Of a stretch of DNA of 64,000 nucleotides, positions 16,812 through 31,725 are shown one piece after another. Every line of letters starts with the position of its first letter. Position 1 is the stretch's first letter. Origin of the DNA: Escherichia coli (lineage in GTDB: Bacteria; Pseudomonadota; Gammaproteobacteria; Enterobacterales; Enterobacteriaceae); the NCBI RefSeq assembly GCF_041886205.1, contig NZ_CP169029.1; one strand, given 5' to 3'. The position numbers and the translations under genes were made by a program. The notes beneath the pieces were generated by a model, which was not told where the DNA came from, made no database searches, and saw only the letters and a program-made list of their open reading frames with translations.

Positions 16812-17270
16812 TTATAGAGACAAGTCCTGCAGTCGCTCCGATAAGTCTCCGGTAGCCAACTGCTCTGCGTCGATATCTTCCTTGACCTGTTGATGCCAGG
16901 TTGTTTCATCCCACAGCTCAAACTTGTTGAACTGTCCAACCAGCATCACTTCTTTTGTCAGCCCGGCATGTTGCCGCAGTACTGGCGCGATTAACAATCG
17001 ACCTGCGCCATCCATCTGACATTCGCTGGCATGACCTAACAGTAGGCGCTGCACACGGCGCTCAACCGGGTTCATGCTCGACAGACGCGATAATTTTTGC
17101 TCGATAATTTCCCATTCAGGCAGGGGGTAAAGCAGCAGGCACGGGTGATGAATGTCAATGGTGCAAACCATTTGACCGGCAGCGTTCTCAAGCAGCTGTT
17201 CCCGATAACGGGTAGGCACTGATAAGCGCCCTTTGCTGTCGAGATTGACTAACGTTGCTCCCCGGAACAT
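16812..17270 (-). CDS. mraZ: Transcriptional regulator MraZ (152 aa)
   Basis: ORF track 164 aa; known protein starts at internal [19 protein letters not shown]...; first gene of the dcw cluster. Confidence 0.92.
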
Positions 17271-17400
17271 GCCAGCCTCACCCCTTATTCCCACTTTGCC
17301 CCACAATTTCCCACTGAAAGGAGTTTACGGAGCGGAGGAAAAGCTTGTCAAGCCAGTCACAAGGCATACCGAGGTAAAAAACCCGATGTTTACGGCTAAT
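17271..17400 (-). promoter_or_regulatory. Pmra promoter region of the dcw cluster, containing the MraZ operator repeats
   Basis: Immediately upstream of mraZ; three TGGGN direct repeats at 10-bp spacing (minus strand TGGGA-N5-TGGGG-N5-TGGGA, about 17289-17313). Promoter elements themselves not mapped. Confidence 0.7.
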
Positions 17401-17826
17401 ATCCGCGTTGTTTATTTTACGTCCAACGAGCGCAGCAAATTAACGTTATGAATAGCTGTAAGAAAAAATCCCTCATCGTCATCACCGTTTTAAAATGACT
17501 CACTATTTTCCACAGCAAATATAAAGTGTCAGTTTGCGACGCGAGCGGCATTTTAGGACATATCTTCCCCGGTTAACAGTCCCTGTTGCGTCTGTGTGGC
17601 GCTTGATGCCAGCGGGTTTGCGCAAAAGCAAAGAAAAGTGCTTGTTAAATCGGCAATTCATCTCTGCATGTAACAAAATAATGCAAAAACGCGCTGTCGA
17701 TATCACTTAATTATTGTGAATTTCAGCTGATGAGTTAAGTAACGGGCGGGTTTAAAAGGACTTATCAATAATAGTCAGGAATAGTCTTATTTACTTTAAG
17801 GATATTGATGTCCATTCCCGTACTCT

Positions 17827-17867
17827 ACGCGCCAGAGGGAAATTAACCTGGCGCGTATTTTTGTTTG
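17827..17867 (+). terminator. Intrinsic-terminator-like hairpin (9-bp perfect GC-rich stem, 12-nt loop, then ATTTTTGTTTG) at the cra 3' end, oriented for the + strand
   Basis: acgcgccag-agggaaattaac-ctggcgcgt followed by a T-rich tract on the + strand; on the minus (cra) strand the hairpin is preceded by an A-tract and has no U-tract after it. Confidence 0.5.
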
Positions 17868-17871
17868 CGGC

Positions 17872-18876
17872 TTAGCTACGGCTGAGCACGCCGCGGCGAT
17901 AGAGATTACGTTTAATGCGCGTTAAACCAGGTTTTGGCTTACGCGGTTCGTCCAGGCTTGCCAGGACAATCTCCAGCACACGCTCTGCGACATCGCGGTG
18001 ACGTTGAGCCACTGCCAGTACCGGGCATTGCAGGAAATCCAGAAGTTCGTTATCACCAAAAGTAGCAATAGCCAGATCGGAAGGTAACTTACCGTCACGA
18101 CGCAGTGTGACATCCATTACCCCTTGCAACAAAGCAAACGAGGTGGTGAACAGCGCCTGCGGCATCGGATGCGTTTCCAGCCATTTTTCGAATAACTGGG
18201 CAGCCGCCTCCCGCTCATAGCTGTTGGCATAAAGGAAATGCACTTCGCGCGGATCATCTTTCCAGGCAGTACGGAAACCTTGTTCACGCAGGAAGCTGAC
18301 AGAAAGCTCCGGCAGCGCGCCAAGATAAAGCACCGTCTCGGCGGGAAACTTACGTAACTCTTCCGCCAGCATTTCGGCATCATCCTGATCGGCACCAACC
18401 ACGCTGGTAAAGTGTTCACGATCGAGGGCGCGGTCCAGCGCGACAATCGGGAACGGGTCGTTAGCCCAGCGTTGATAAAAAGGATGCTCAGGAGGCAACG
18501 ACGTCGAAACAATAATGGCATCAACCTGACGCTGTAAAAGGTGCTCAATGCACCGCATTTCGTTGTCTGGCTGATCTTCTGAGCAGGCAATCAGCAGTTG
18601 ATAACCCCGTTGCCGCGCCTGGCGTTCAAGATAGTTAGCGATGCGGGTATAGCTGGTGTTCTCCAGATCGGGGATCACAAGACCAATAGAACGTGTGCGT
18701 CCAGCACGAAGCCCAGCTGCCACGGCGTTCGGGTGGTAATTGTGCTCACGCACCACAGCCATGACTTTTTCAACGGTTTTGTCGCTCACACGGTATTGCT
18801 TCGCTTTGCCGTTAATAACATAGCTTGCAGTGGTCCGCGACACTCCCGCCAGCCGAGCGATTTCATCCAGTTTCAC
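17872..18876 (-). CDS. cra: Catabolite repressor/activator Cra (FruR), LacI family (334 aa)
   Basis: ORF track 334 aa, [25 protein letters not shown]... HTH; full-length match to FruR. Confidence 0.96.
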   Translation of the reverse strand: MKLDEIARLAGVSRTTASYVINGKAKQYRVSDKTVEKVMAVVREHNYHPNAVAAGLRAGRTRSIGLVIPDLENTSYTRIANYLERQARQRGYQLLIACSEDQPDNEMRCIEHLLQRQVDAIIVSTSLPPEHPFYQRWANDPFPIVALDRALDREHFTSVVGADQDDAEMLAEELRKFPAETVLYLGALPELSVSFLREQGFRTAWKDDPREVHFLYANSYEREAAAQLFEKWLETHPMPQALFTTSFALLQGVMDVTLRRDGKLPSDLAIATFGDNELLDFLQCPVLAVAQRHRDVAERVLEIVLASLDEPRKPKPGLTRIKRNLYRRGVLSRS

Positions 18877-19055
18877 AATTGCCCCTTGCGTAAAATGTAA
18901 AAACCATAGCCATTGTACTGGTATGGGTTAAATTCATTAACATCTAAGCGCAGAAAATTAACTGCGGCAACTGCTTTTATTCCAGGTTCCCACTGATTTC
19001 GCAAAAATAGCCCAACGTGACATGTTGGGCTGCAAATTGCGCATTGAGATCATTC

Positions 19056-19547
19056 TCAACGCATTATTTTATCGCCGCGTGAAAGTCCGACCACACCAGA
19101 GCGAGCAACTTCCACAATTTTTGCCACATCACGAATCGATGCTAAAAATGCATCAAGCTTATCGCTGGTGCCTGCTAATTGAACGGTATAAAGCGAGGGT
19201 GTGACATCGATAATTTGCCCACGGAATATTTCCGTATTACGTTTCACTTCGTCACGCCCGTAACCGCTGGCCTGAATTTTCACCAGCATGATTTCCCGCT
19301 CAACATGCGCGCCCTGCCCCAACTCACTCACGCGCAAGACATCGACCAGCTTGTGTAATTGCTTTTCGATCTGCTCAAGTACTTTTTCATCGCCCACGGT
19401 CTGGATGGTCATACGCGATAATGTCGGATCGTCGGTTGGCGCAACGGTCAGGCTTTCAATGTTGTAGCCACGCTGGGAAAAAAGGCCAATCACGCGGGAT
19501 AACGCGCCTGATTCATTTTCGAGTAAGACTGATAATATCCGGCGCAT
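19056..19547 (-). CDS. ilvH: Acetolactate synthase III small (regulatory) subunit IlvH (163 aa)
   Basis: ORF track 173 aa; known start at internal [19 protein letters not shown]...; ACT domain. Confidence 0.93.
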   Translation of the reverse strand: MRRILSVLLENESGALSRVIGLFSQRGYNIESLTVAPTDDPTLSRMTIQTVGDEKVLEQIEKQLHKLVDVLRVSELGQGAHVEREIMLVKIQASGYGRDEVKRNTEIFRGQIIDVTPSLYTVQLAGTSDKLDAFLASIRDVAKIVEVARSGVVGLSRGDKIMR

Positions 19548-19549
19548 AA

Positions 19550-21274
19550 TCAGGTTCTCTCCGTTTTGCTTAACCACATTTCATCCATTCCGCCCCCGCG
19601 AATCTGCATCGGGTAGACGTGCTCACTGCCATCGACGGTAACATCAACAAACACCAGGCGATTATTGCGCACCTGTTCCAGCGCCTCGCTAAGTTTGCTT
19701 TCCAGTTCTTGCGGATGAGAGATCTGGATCCCGACGTGACCATAGGCTTCCGCCAGACGGACGAAATCGGGTAGTGATTGCATATAAGATTGTGAATGAC
19801 GGCCGGAATAGATCATGTCCTGCCACTGTTTTACCATCCCCAGATAGCGGTTATTGAGATTCACCACCAGTACAGGCAACTCGTATTGCAATGCGGTAGA
19901 CAGTTCCTGGATGTTCATCTGAATACTGCCGTCGCCAGTGACGCAAACCACGATTTCTTCTGGCAACGCCATTTTGACGCCCAGTGCCGCAGGTAAACCA
20001 AAACCCATCGTGCCGAGGCCGCCGGAATTGATCCAGCGACGCGGTTTGTCGAATGGATAATAAAGCGCAGCAAACATCTGGTGCTGCCCGACATCGGACG
20101 TCACGTAAGCGTCCCCCTTCGTCAACCGCCAAAGAGTCTCGATCACCGCCTGCGGTTTAATCTTTTCACTGTGAGTGTCATATTTCAGGCACTGACGAGC
20201 GCGCCACTGTTCAATCTGCTGCCACCAGTCGCGGATCTCATCCAGCGGTTGATGGGCGGATTCTTGTGACAGGAGTTCAAGCATTTGTTCGAGGACCTGG
20301 CGAGCATCCCCCACAATCGGGATATCAGCAGTCACGGTTTTAGAAATGGAAGTAGGATCAATATCGATATGCAAAACAGTGGCATTTGGGCAGTACTTTG
20401 CCAGATTGTTCGTCGTTCGGTCATCAAATCGTACCCCGACGGCGAAAATCACATCCGCGTTATGCATCGTCATATTGGCTTCGTAGGTACCATGCATTCC
20501 CAGCATGCCCAGTGCCTGACGATGCGTTGCCGGAAACGCCCCCAGCCCCATCAATGAGGAAACAACGGGCAGATTCAACGCCTCCACCGTTTCTTTCAAC
20601 TGCTGATGGCAGCCCGCCGTGATTGCCCCACCGCCTACGTAGACAACCGGTTTTTTTGCCGCTACCAGCGTTTGCAGAGCACGCTTAATTTGCCCTTTAT
20701 GTCCGGTAGTAGTGGGATTGTAAGAACGCATACTGACCGACTCCGGCCAGACATAGGGTAATTTGTTCGCCGGATTAAGAATATCTTTCGGTAAATCAAC
20801 GACCACTGGTCCTGGGCGACCACTTGCCGCCAGCCAGAAAGCCTTTTTCAGCACCTGCGGAATGTCTTCCGTTTGCTTAACCAGAAAACTGTGTTTAACC
20901 ACCGGTCGCGAAATCCCCACCATGTCGCACTCCTGAAAGGCATCGTAACCTATCAACGAGGTCGCTACCTGCCCGGAAAGGACAACTAATGGAATGGAAT
21001 CCATATAAGCGGTGGCGATGCCAGTAATCGCATTGGTCGCCCCTGGACCCGACGTTACCAGCACGACGCCAACTTCCCCGGTCGCGCGCGCCAGGCCATC
21101 GGCCATATGCACCGCCGCCTGCTCATGACGAACTAAAACATGATCGATACCACCCACGGTATGCAATGCATCATAAATATCAAGGACTGCGCCTCCGGGA
21201 TAACCGAATACTTGTTTAACGCCCTGATCGATAAGCGATCGGACGACCATCTCGGCTCCAGACAACATCTCCAT
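19550..21274 (-). CDS. ilvI: Acetolactate synthase III large subunit IlvI (574 aa)
   Basis: ORF track 604 aa; known start at internal [28 protein letters not shown]...; TPP-binding enzyme. Confidence 0.94.
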   Translation of the reverse strand: MEMLSGAEMVVRSLIDQGVKQVFGYPGGAVLDIYDALHTVGGIDHVLVRHEQAAVHMADGLARATGEVGVVLVTSGPGATNAITGIATAYMDSIPLVVLSGQVATSLIGYDAFQECDMVGISRPVVKHSFLVKQTEDIPQVLKKAFWLAASGRPGPVVVDLPKDILNPANKLPYVWPESVSMRSYNPTTTGHKGQIKRALQTLVAAKKPVVYVGGGAITAGCHQQLKETVEALNLPVVSSLMGLGAFPATHRQALGMLGMHGTYEANMTMHNADVIFAVGVRFDDRTTNNLAKYCPNATVLHIDIDPTSISKTVTADIPIVGDARQVLEQMLELLSQESAHQPLDEIRDWWQQIEQWRARQCLKYDTHSEKIKPQAVIETLWRLTKGDAYVTSDVGQHQMFAALYYPFDKPRRWINSGGLGTMGFGLPAALGVKMALPEEIVVCVTGDGSIQMNIQELSTALQYELPVLVVNLNNRYLGMVKQWQDMIYSGRHSQSYMQSLPDFVRLAEAYGHVGIQISHPQELESKLSEALEQVRNNRLVFVDVTVDGSEHVYPMQIRGGGMDEMWLSKTERT

Positions 21275-21591
21275 GGCCTGCCTCACTGTTTGACGGAAAA
21301 AATGTGTAAAACACATTAACCGTCCGATCTTGCTTAAGCAATTGGCAGACAGAGACATAAACACGGGGTAATAAGAATAAACAGGAGGAAAGGTGAAAAG
21401 AAACGATAAAATCCTCCATTACAGAGGATTAAATTGATAATAAATCGGCTCAATCCCACAACTTACAGCAATTTCTCTATTTTTTTAATTAATCCTAAAA
21501 TAGAGAGCCCACACATTCAGGATAAAATCCTACATTCAATAAAAAATGCAGAATAAACCAGACATTGATGTCTGACCTATTCTGCATTCAG
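21275..21591. promoter_or_regulatory. ilvIH upstream regulatory region (Lrp-controlled promoter expected here)
   Basis: Position between leuO 3' end and ilvI start; established knowledge that ilvIH is Lrp-activated from upstream sites. Individual sites not mapped. Confidence 0.4.
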
Positions 21592-22536
21592 TTAGCGTTT
21601 GCAAATTGAGACTAATTGCTCTTCCATCCACTGATGACCTTTATCGCGCCCGGCAGCCTCATGCCAGGAGAGATAACAGGTTCTGCTATTTTGTTTTAAC
21701 GGCAGCGGTAATACCTGTAATTCTAAGGATTCAGCGAACTCTTCAGCCAGCCAACGCGGCGCAATAGCGACCAGATGCGTTTGCGACACCACGCTAAGTA
21801 CGCTCATCATTGCCATGCCCTGATACGCGATACTGGCTTGCTTATCTACCGTGTCATACCACGGTTGACTAAATGATGCGAAACGATCGAGCGAAACCGC
21901 CGCATGTTGTTCGTTATAAACATCATGTTTCAGTAACGGGCCTTTAATTGTTGGATGATTTTTGCTGGCTACCAGCACCATTTCATCTTTAAATAATGGC
22001 ACGCTGGTAAATTCAGGACGATGGAAGTCTTCATAACTAATCACAAACTCCGTTTCCTGATAACGCAGCTGATGTTCAGTGTTCTGATTTAATGAAGACT
22101 TGAACATGACATGTATATTTGGCGCAATCTGCTCAATGTGATTATAAATCTGCGAGGTCAGAATGCTGTCTAACGGGCTGCAAACACAAAGATGAAATAC
22201 ACGTTCACTGCTCGCGGGTTCAAAACCTGAACCAGGCAATTCATTTTGTACTAGTTGCAATGCCTGACGAACTGAACCAAAAAGTTGAAATGCGCGAGCA
22301 GTCGGTTGAATACCACGGCCATAACGAACAAAAAGCTCGTCATTAAACATCACCTTCAGGCGTGCAACAGCGTTACTGACCGCAGGTTGCGACATTCCCA
22401 GAACATGAGCGGCACGGGTAATGTTTTGCTCCTGCATCACGGCATCGAAAACGGTTAATAAGTTGAGATCGACCATGCGTAGCTGTGGCTTGCTTAACTC
22501 CGCCGTCTCTGGATGATCTGTTTGTACCTCTGGCAT
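21592..22536 (-). CDS. leuO: LysR-family transcriptional regulator LeuO (314 aa)
   Basis: ORF track 342 aa; known start at internal [30 protein letters not shown]... Confidence 0.93.
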   Translation of the reverse strand: MPEVQTDHPETAELSKPQLRMVDLNLLTVFDAVMQEQNITRAAHVLGMSQPAVSNAVARLKVMFNDELFVRYGRGIQPTARAFQLFGSVRQALQLVQNELPGSGFEPASSERVFHLCVCSPLDSILTSQIYNHIEQIAPNIHVMFKSSLNQNTEHQLRYQETEFVISYEDFHRPEFTSVPLFKDEMVLVASKNHPTIKGPLLKHDVYNEQHAAVSLDRFASFSQPWYDTVDKQASIAYQGMAMMSVLSVVSQTHLVAIAPRWLAEEFAESLELQVLPLPLKQNSRTCYLSWHEAAGRDKGHQWMEEQLVSICKR

Positions 22537-23194
22537 ACTTAACTCCACTGTCACACTTAACTCCCTTTCCCTTATTGGAATGCAGAGAAATAATCCTGAA
22601 GAATATGATTTATCATGCATATAAAATAAGAAAAAGGAAAATGAGTAAAATTAGGAAAACATAAAGATACGGGTTCTTATAAAAACAGAATCCATTGCCG
22701 TGGAAAGCGTCATTTACCACAGCATAATAATCCATAATGTTTTTGTTGCGAAAACAATCTAATCATAACTACCGCGAATACTCAATCATCTACAAAATGG
22801 ATTAAATGTGCTTATTTAATAATTAATTTATATATTTAATGCATTAATTCTTAACATTAATCGATCAATAATATTCACCATATCAATATCAAAAAACTCG
22901 CAAAACATATAATTCAATACAAATCATAAGGATAGGTTTTTCTACCTGTGCATTTTGTCCCCTTTTTCCTCGTTGATTAGATGCAAAAATTTATTCTGAA
23001 ATATGTCAACCTATGAAAAGCGTCGGTAGTTAAGCAGAAATTAATATCGCTTGTTTTAACCACAGCAGCACAATTAGCTAATTTTACGGATGCAGAACTC
23101 ACGCTGGCGGGACGTTTTTGTTACGTCAGGGTTGACATCCGTTTTTGTATCCAGTAACTCTAAAAGCATATCGCATTCATCTGGAGCTGATTTA
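22537..23194. promoter_or_regulatory. leuO–leuL divergent intergenic region (658 bp, strongly AT-rich; H-NS-silenced leuO promoter and leu promoter)
   Basis: Long AT-rich tracts (e.g. aattaatttatatatttaatgcattaattcttaacattaatcgatcaataatattc); matches the known leuO regulatory region. Confidence 0.65.
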
Positions 23195-23281
23195 ATGACT
23201 CACATCGTTCGCTTTATCGGTCTACTACTACTAAACGCATCTTCTTTGCGCGGTAGACGAGTGAGCGGCATCCAGCATTAA
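23195..23281 (+). CDS. leuL: leu operon leader peptide LeuL (28 aa; four consecutive Leu codons)
   Basis: [28 protein letters not shown]; GGAG Shine-Dalgarno before the ATG; the 63-aa track ORF is an upstream extension. Confidence 0.92.
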
Positions 23282-23302
23282 GCCAGCACGCAGTCAAACA
23301 AA

Positions 23303-23331
23303 AAACCCGCGCCATTGCGCGGGTTTTTTTA
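23303..23331 (+). terminator. leu attenuator (intrinsic terminator)
   Basis: cccgcgc-cattg-gcgcggg followed by T7 immediately after leuL and before leuA. Confidence 0.88.
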
Positions 23332-23373
23332 TGCCCGAAGCGAGGCGCTCTAAAAGAGACAAGGACCCAAACC

Positions 23374-26036
<2,663 letters not shown>

Positions 26037-26038
26037 TC

Positions 26039-28055
<2,017 letters not shown>

Positions 28056-28061
28056 TTCCCT

Positions 28062-28090
28062 TGCCCGGTCAAATGACCGGGCTTTCCGCT
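28062..28090. terminator. Hairpin between the convergent leuD and setA genes (probable terminator)
   Basis: cccggtc-aaat-gaccggg followed by ctttcc; located in the 48-bp convergent gap. Confidence 0.5.
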
Positions 28091-28103
28091 ATCGTCCACG
28101 TCA

Positions 28104-29282
28104 TCAAACGTCTTTAACCTTTGCGGTTAAAAATAATGAGACAACAGAAATAACCGCAATTACCCAGTAGACAGCAAAGTGCCCCCAACTTTGTGCAATT
28201 GCTCCCTGAATAACGCCAGCCAGAATTACCCCGGTAGAAATACTGTTGGTAAATAAGGTGGTAGCTGCCCCCGCTCTTCCAGGCATTAAATCCTGAAACC
28301 ATAGCATCCCAATACCCGCAACAATGCCGATAAATACAGCGTTAAAAAGTTGCAGCGTCATCAACGCCAGACGGCTATGAAAGAAAATCAATCCGGTGTA
28401 AAACAGCACACCTGCCGCCACTGCTATGACCATCATTCGCCGCTTACCATAACGTTTTACATAGTAGCCAGCCAGAATCATTGCTGGGATTTCCAGTCCA
28501 GCTGCCGTCCCCATCAGGAAACCCGCCAGTTTGTCTGGCAATCCTAACTCGCTACTGATCCACAACGGCATATCAATAATGTACATGGTGTTGCAGGTCC
28601 ACATTAACGTCGAGGCGACAAATAACATCCGTACGTTACTATCCTGCCAGCCACCTTGCATTGATAAAGCATTTTCCGACGGCAGTTCTACCCGCGCCAC
28701 AGACGGAAGCATAAATGCAATCAATACCAGACTGATTGTGAATATCCCGGCGGCAATCGAAAACATCACTGTAAAGCCGTAATTCAACGCCAGCATAAAG
28801 GCCAGCGGTGGACCGATAACCCATGCCAGAGAAAGCTGCGCACGCATCACCGAGCTAAACATCACCACTTCTCGCGCCGAGTTATCCGCGTATTCCCGCG
28901 CCAGAGCAAATAACTGTGGCATTGCCGTATTGGCCAGAGATGCCAGAAGTACACCACAGGTGATAAGCGTCAGATAATGACGATTAAATGCAAACAATAG
29001 CGCATTGCCGATAGCCATCAAACAGCAAAATATAATCAGTTTTCGCCGATCGCCCTGACTGTCAGAACGTTTTGCCAACCAGAGGCTTACGCCGATCCCA
29101 GCAATAGCATTCACCGTATAAAAGAGTCCGATCCAGAAAGGTTGCGCGCCAACCTCACGACTCAGAAATAAGCTCAAAGTAGGAGCCTGTAGCGCCCCGG
29201 CCACCCCCATCATAAAAGCGACCAGCATAAATGCCGCGTAAACACCGTTCATACGGCGAGCCATCGTCATTATCCAGATCAT
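28104..29282 (-). CDS. setA: Sugar efflux transporter SetA (MFS, 392 aa)
   Basis: ORF track 392 aa; 12-TM-like hydrophobic profile; lies downstream of sgrS as in K-12. Confidence 0.93.
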   Translation of the reverse strand: MIWIMTMARRMNGVYAAFMLVAFMMGVAGALQAPTLSLFLSREVGAQPFWIGLFYTVNAIAGIGVSLWLAKRSDSQGDRRKLIIFCCLMAIGNALLFAFNRHYLTLITCGVLLASLANTAMPQLFALAREYADNSAREVVMFSSVMRAQLSLAWVIGPPLAFMLALNYGFTVMFSIAAGIFTISLVLIAFMLPSVARVELPSENALSMQGGWQDSNVRMLFVASTLMWTCNTMYIIDMPLWISSELGLPDKLAGFLMGTAAGLEIPAMILAGYYVKRYGKRRMMVIAVAAGVLFYTGLIFFHSRLALMTLQLFNAVFIGIVAGIGMLWFQDLMPGRAGAATTLFTNSISTGVILAGVIQGAIAQSWGHFAVYWVIAVISVVSLFLTAKVKDV

Positions 29283-29309
29283 ACGTTCCCTTTTTAGCGC
29301 GGCGAGAAT

Positions 29310-29536
29310 AAAAAAAACCAGCAGGTATAATCTGCTGGCGGGTGATTTTACACCAATACTCAGTCACACATGATGCAGGCAAGTCAACTTTCAGAATTGC
29401 GGTCATCCCACTGCATCAGTTCTTCAAGCATGGTTAATCGTTGTGGGACGCTTAACCAACGCAACCAGCACAACTTCGCTGTCGCGGTAAAATAGTGCTG
29501 ATAAAACTGACGCATGGGGCACCTCCTTGCTTCATC
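29310..29536 (-). ncRNA. sgrS: Small RNA SgrS (glucose-phosphate stress sRNA, about 227 nt) with intrinsic terminator at its 3' end
   Basis: Minus-strand sequence GATGAAGCAAGG...GUGUGACUGAGUAUUGGUGU...CCAGCAGGUAUAAUCUGCUGG-U8 matches my recollection of SgrS, including the ptsG-pairing region and terminator. Confidence 0.9.
29384..29515 (-). CDS. sgrT: SgrT small protein (43 aa) encoded within SgrS
   Basis: MRQFYQHYFTATAKLCWLRWLSVPQRLTMLEELMQWDDRNSES; the 99-aa track ORF is an upstream extension into the promoter region. Confidence 0.85.
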   Translation of the reverse strand: MRQFYQHYFTATAKLCWLRWLSVPQRLTMLEELMQWDDRNSES

Positions 29537-29603
29537 GTTAGGAATTATTGACTTAATATAGGGAAAATAAAATTGCTGTCTTTTGCGCAGGAGTTCCCCT
29601 TTT
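29537..29603. promoter_or_regulatory. Divergent sgrS / sgrR promoter region (SgrR binding expected)
   Basis: 67-bp gap between the SgrS 5' end and the sgrR ATG; established divergent arrangement. Confidence 0.6.
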
Positions 29604-31262
29604 ATGCCATCTGCTCGTCTGCAACAACAGTTCATCCGCCTGTGGCAATGCTGCGAGGGTAAATCGCAGGACACAACGCTCAACGAACTGGCAGCGTTAT
29701 TGAGCTGCTCGCGTCGTCATATGCGTACCCTGCTCAACACCATGCAGGATCGCGGCTGGCTGACGTGGGAAGCGGAAGTCGGGCGCGGTAAACGCTCGCG
29801 TCTGACATTCCTCTATACCGGGCTGGCGCTTCAGCAACAGCGGGCGGAAGACCTGCTGGAGCAGGATCGTATCGACCAACTAGTGCAGTTGGTTGGCGAC
29901 AAAGCGACTGTGCGGCAAATGCTGGTTTCTCATCTGGGCCGCAGCTTCCGCCAGGGGCGGCACATCCTGCGCGTGCTCTACTATCGTCCGTTGCGTAATC
30001 TGCTACCTGGCAGCGCATTGCGCCGTTCCGAAACCCATATCGCCCGGCAAATCTTCAGTTCGCTAACGCGCATAAATGAGGAAAATGGGGAACTGGAAGC
30101 AGACATCGCCCACCACTGGCAGCAAATATCACCGCTTCACTGGCGTTTCTTTTTGCGTCCAGGAGTCCATTTTCATCATGGTCGTGAACTGGAAATGGAC
30201 GATGTGATCGCCTCTTTAAAACGGATCAATACGCTGCCGCTCTATTCGCATATTGCTGAAATTGTATCGCCGACGCCCTGGACGCTGGATATCCACCTCA
30301 CGCAGCCGGACCGCTGGTTGCCGTTACTGCTGGGACAAGTTCCGGCGATGATCCTGCCGCGCGAATGGGAAACCATCAGTAACTTTGCCAGCCATCCCAT
30401 CGGCACCGGTCCGTATGCAGTGATCCGCAACAGCACCAATCAACTGAAAATTCAGGCATTCGATGACTTCTTCGGTTACCGGGCATTAATCGACGAAGTT
30501 AACGTCTGGGTTCTGCCGGAAATTGCCGACGAGCCAGCCGGAGGTCTGATGCTAAAAGGGCCACAGGGCGAGGAAAAAGAGATTGAAAGCCGCCTGGAGG
30601 AAGGTTGCTACTATTTACTGTTCGACAGCCGCACCCATCGCGGGGCGAATCAGCAAGTCAGGGACTGGGTAAGCTATGTGCTTTCTCCAACTAATCTGGT
30701 CTATTTCGCTGAGGAACAGTACCAGCAACTGTGGTTCCCGGCTTATGGACTGCTCCCCCGTTGGCACCATGCCCGCACCATAAAGAGCGAAAAACCGGCT
30801 GGTCTGGAAAGCCTCACCCTGACCTTTTATCAGGATCACAGTGAGCATCGGGTGATTGCCGGGATCATGCAGCAGATTCTGGCAAGTCACCAGGTCACGC
30901 TGGAAATCAAAGAGATCAGCTACGATCAGTGGCATGAAGGAGAGATTGAGAGCGATATCTGGCTTAACAGCGCCAACTTTACGCTACCGCTGGATTTTTC
31001 GCTGTTCGCGCACCTGTGCGAGGTGCCGCTGCTCCAACACTGTATTCCGATCGACTGGCAAGCCGACGCCGCCCGCTGGCGCAATGGCGAAATGAATCTG
31101 GCGAACTGGTGCCAGCAACTGGTCGCCTGCAAAGCAATGGTGCCGCTCATCCATCACTGGCTGATCATTCAGGGGCAACGCAGTATGCGCGGCCTGCGTA
31201 TGAATACCCTCGGCTGGTTCGATTTTAAATCAGCGTGGTTTGCGCCGCCGGATCCTGAGTAG
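29604..31262 (+). CDS. sgrR: Transcriptional regulator SgrR (551 aa)
   Basis: Known start [44 protein letters not shown]... (7 codons into the track ORF); N-terminal HTH plus solute-binding-like domain. Confidence 0.94.
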   Translation: MPSARLQQQFIRLWQCCEGKSQDTTLNELAALLSCSRRHMRTLLNTMQDRGWLTWEAEVGRGKRSRLTFLYTGLALQQQRAEDLLEQDRIDQLVQLVGDKATVRQMLVSHLGRSFRQGRHILRVLYYRPLRNLLPGSALRRSETHIARQIFSSLTRINEENGELEADIAHHWQQISPLHWRFFLRPGVHFHHGRELEMDDVIASLKRINTLPLYSHIAEIVSPTPWTLDIHLTQPDRWLPLLLGQVPAMILPREWETISNFASHPIGTGPYAVIRNSTNQLKIQAFDDFFGYRALIDEVNVWVLPEIADEPAGGLMLKGPQGEEKEIESRLEEGCYYLLFDSRTHRGANQQVRDWVSYVLSPTNLVYFAEEQYQQLWFPAYGLLPRWHHARTIKSEKPAGLESLTLTFYQDHSEHRVIAGIMQQILASHQVTLEIKEISYDQWHEGEIESDIWLNSANFTLPLDFSLFAHLCEVPLLQHCIPIDWQADAARWRNGEMNLANWCQQLVACKAMVPLIHHWLIIQGQRSMRGLRMNTLGWFDFKSAWFAPPDPE

Positions 31263-31725
31263 CTGGCGCCTTTTTGCGGTCATGAGCGCGTTTTTTATAT
31301 TTTCTCTGTTTTATGCATCGTCTGATTAGCGTCGCAAATAAGATTATCTCGAATCGTGTGCGATTCATTGTCTGAAAAATAACGACTCCGCACTCTCTGA
31401 AAACAAGACAGAGTCTGGATTCGACTCCAGACACCAACTCAATTTTCTTTTGCAAGAATAAAAATACACGCTCATAATTTCAGTAACACGCTGGTGTTTC
31501 AGGCTAATCAGACGAGATTTTATCTTGCGTGGGTGTGGGGTGTTGATGTTAAGTGACAGGCATATGAAAATTAGCGCACCGGGTAGGATTCAGTATTTCT
31601 GCGCAATATTGTTTTATCTAAAAAAAATAAGTCAGTGTGTTTTTTACCTTATTTTATATATAGTGGTCAGTACCAACTTAAAAAAGAAAGGGCGTTCCTG
31701 CCCCTTCCCTATTTCTTATTCTGGC

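Noticed and set aside
17233-17706. Small ORFs (72 aa on +, 67 aa on minus) in the mraZ–cra spacer
   Set aside because: No RBS, poor composition, and they overlap the Pmra promoter/operator region; not supported as genes, although possible + strand transcription is noted separately.
15869-22620. N-terminally extended ORFs in the track for rsmH, mraZ, ilvH, ilvI and leuO (also araC, rluA, djlA, apaG, kefC, folA, sgrR, thiP, thiQ, araA and leuC elsewhere)
   Set aside because: The extensions run into upstream genes or promoters and do not match the known protein N-termini; internal starts reproduce the established lengths (e.g. RsmH 313, MraZ 152, IlvI 574, LeuO 314, FolA 159, KefC 620).
23090-23281. 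63-aa ORF covering leuL
   Set aside because: Only the last 28 codons ([28 protein letters not shown]) form the leader peptide, which has its own GGAG RBS; the upstream part lies in the promoter region.
31263-31300. Possible intrinsic terminator after sgrR (gcgcctttttgcggtcatgagcgcgtttttt)
   Set aside because: T-runs are present but I could not fold a convincing stem by eye, so it is not reported as a feature.
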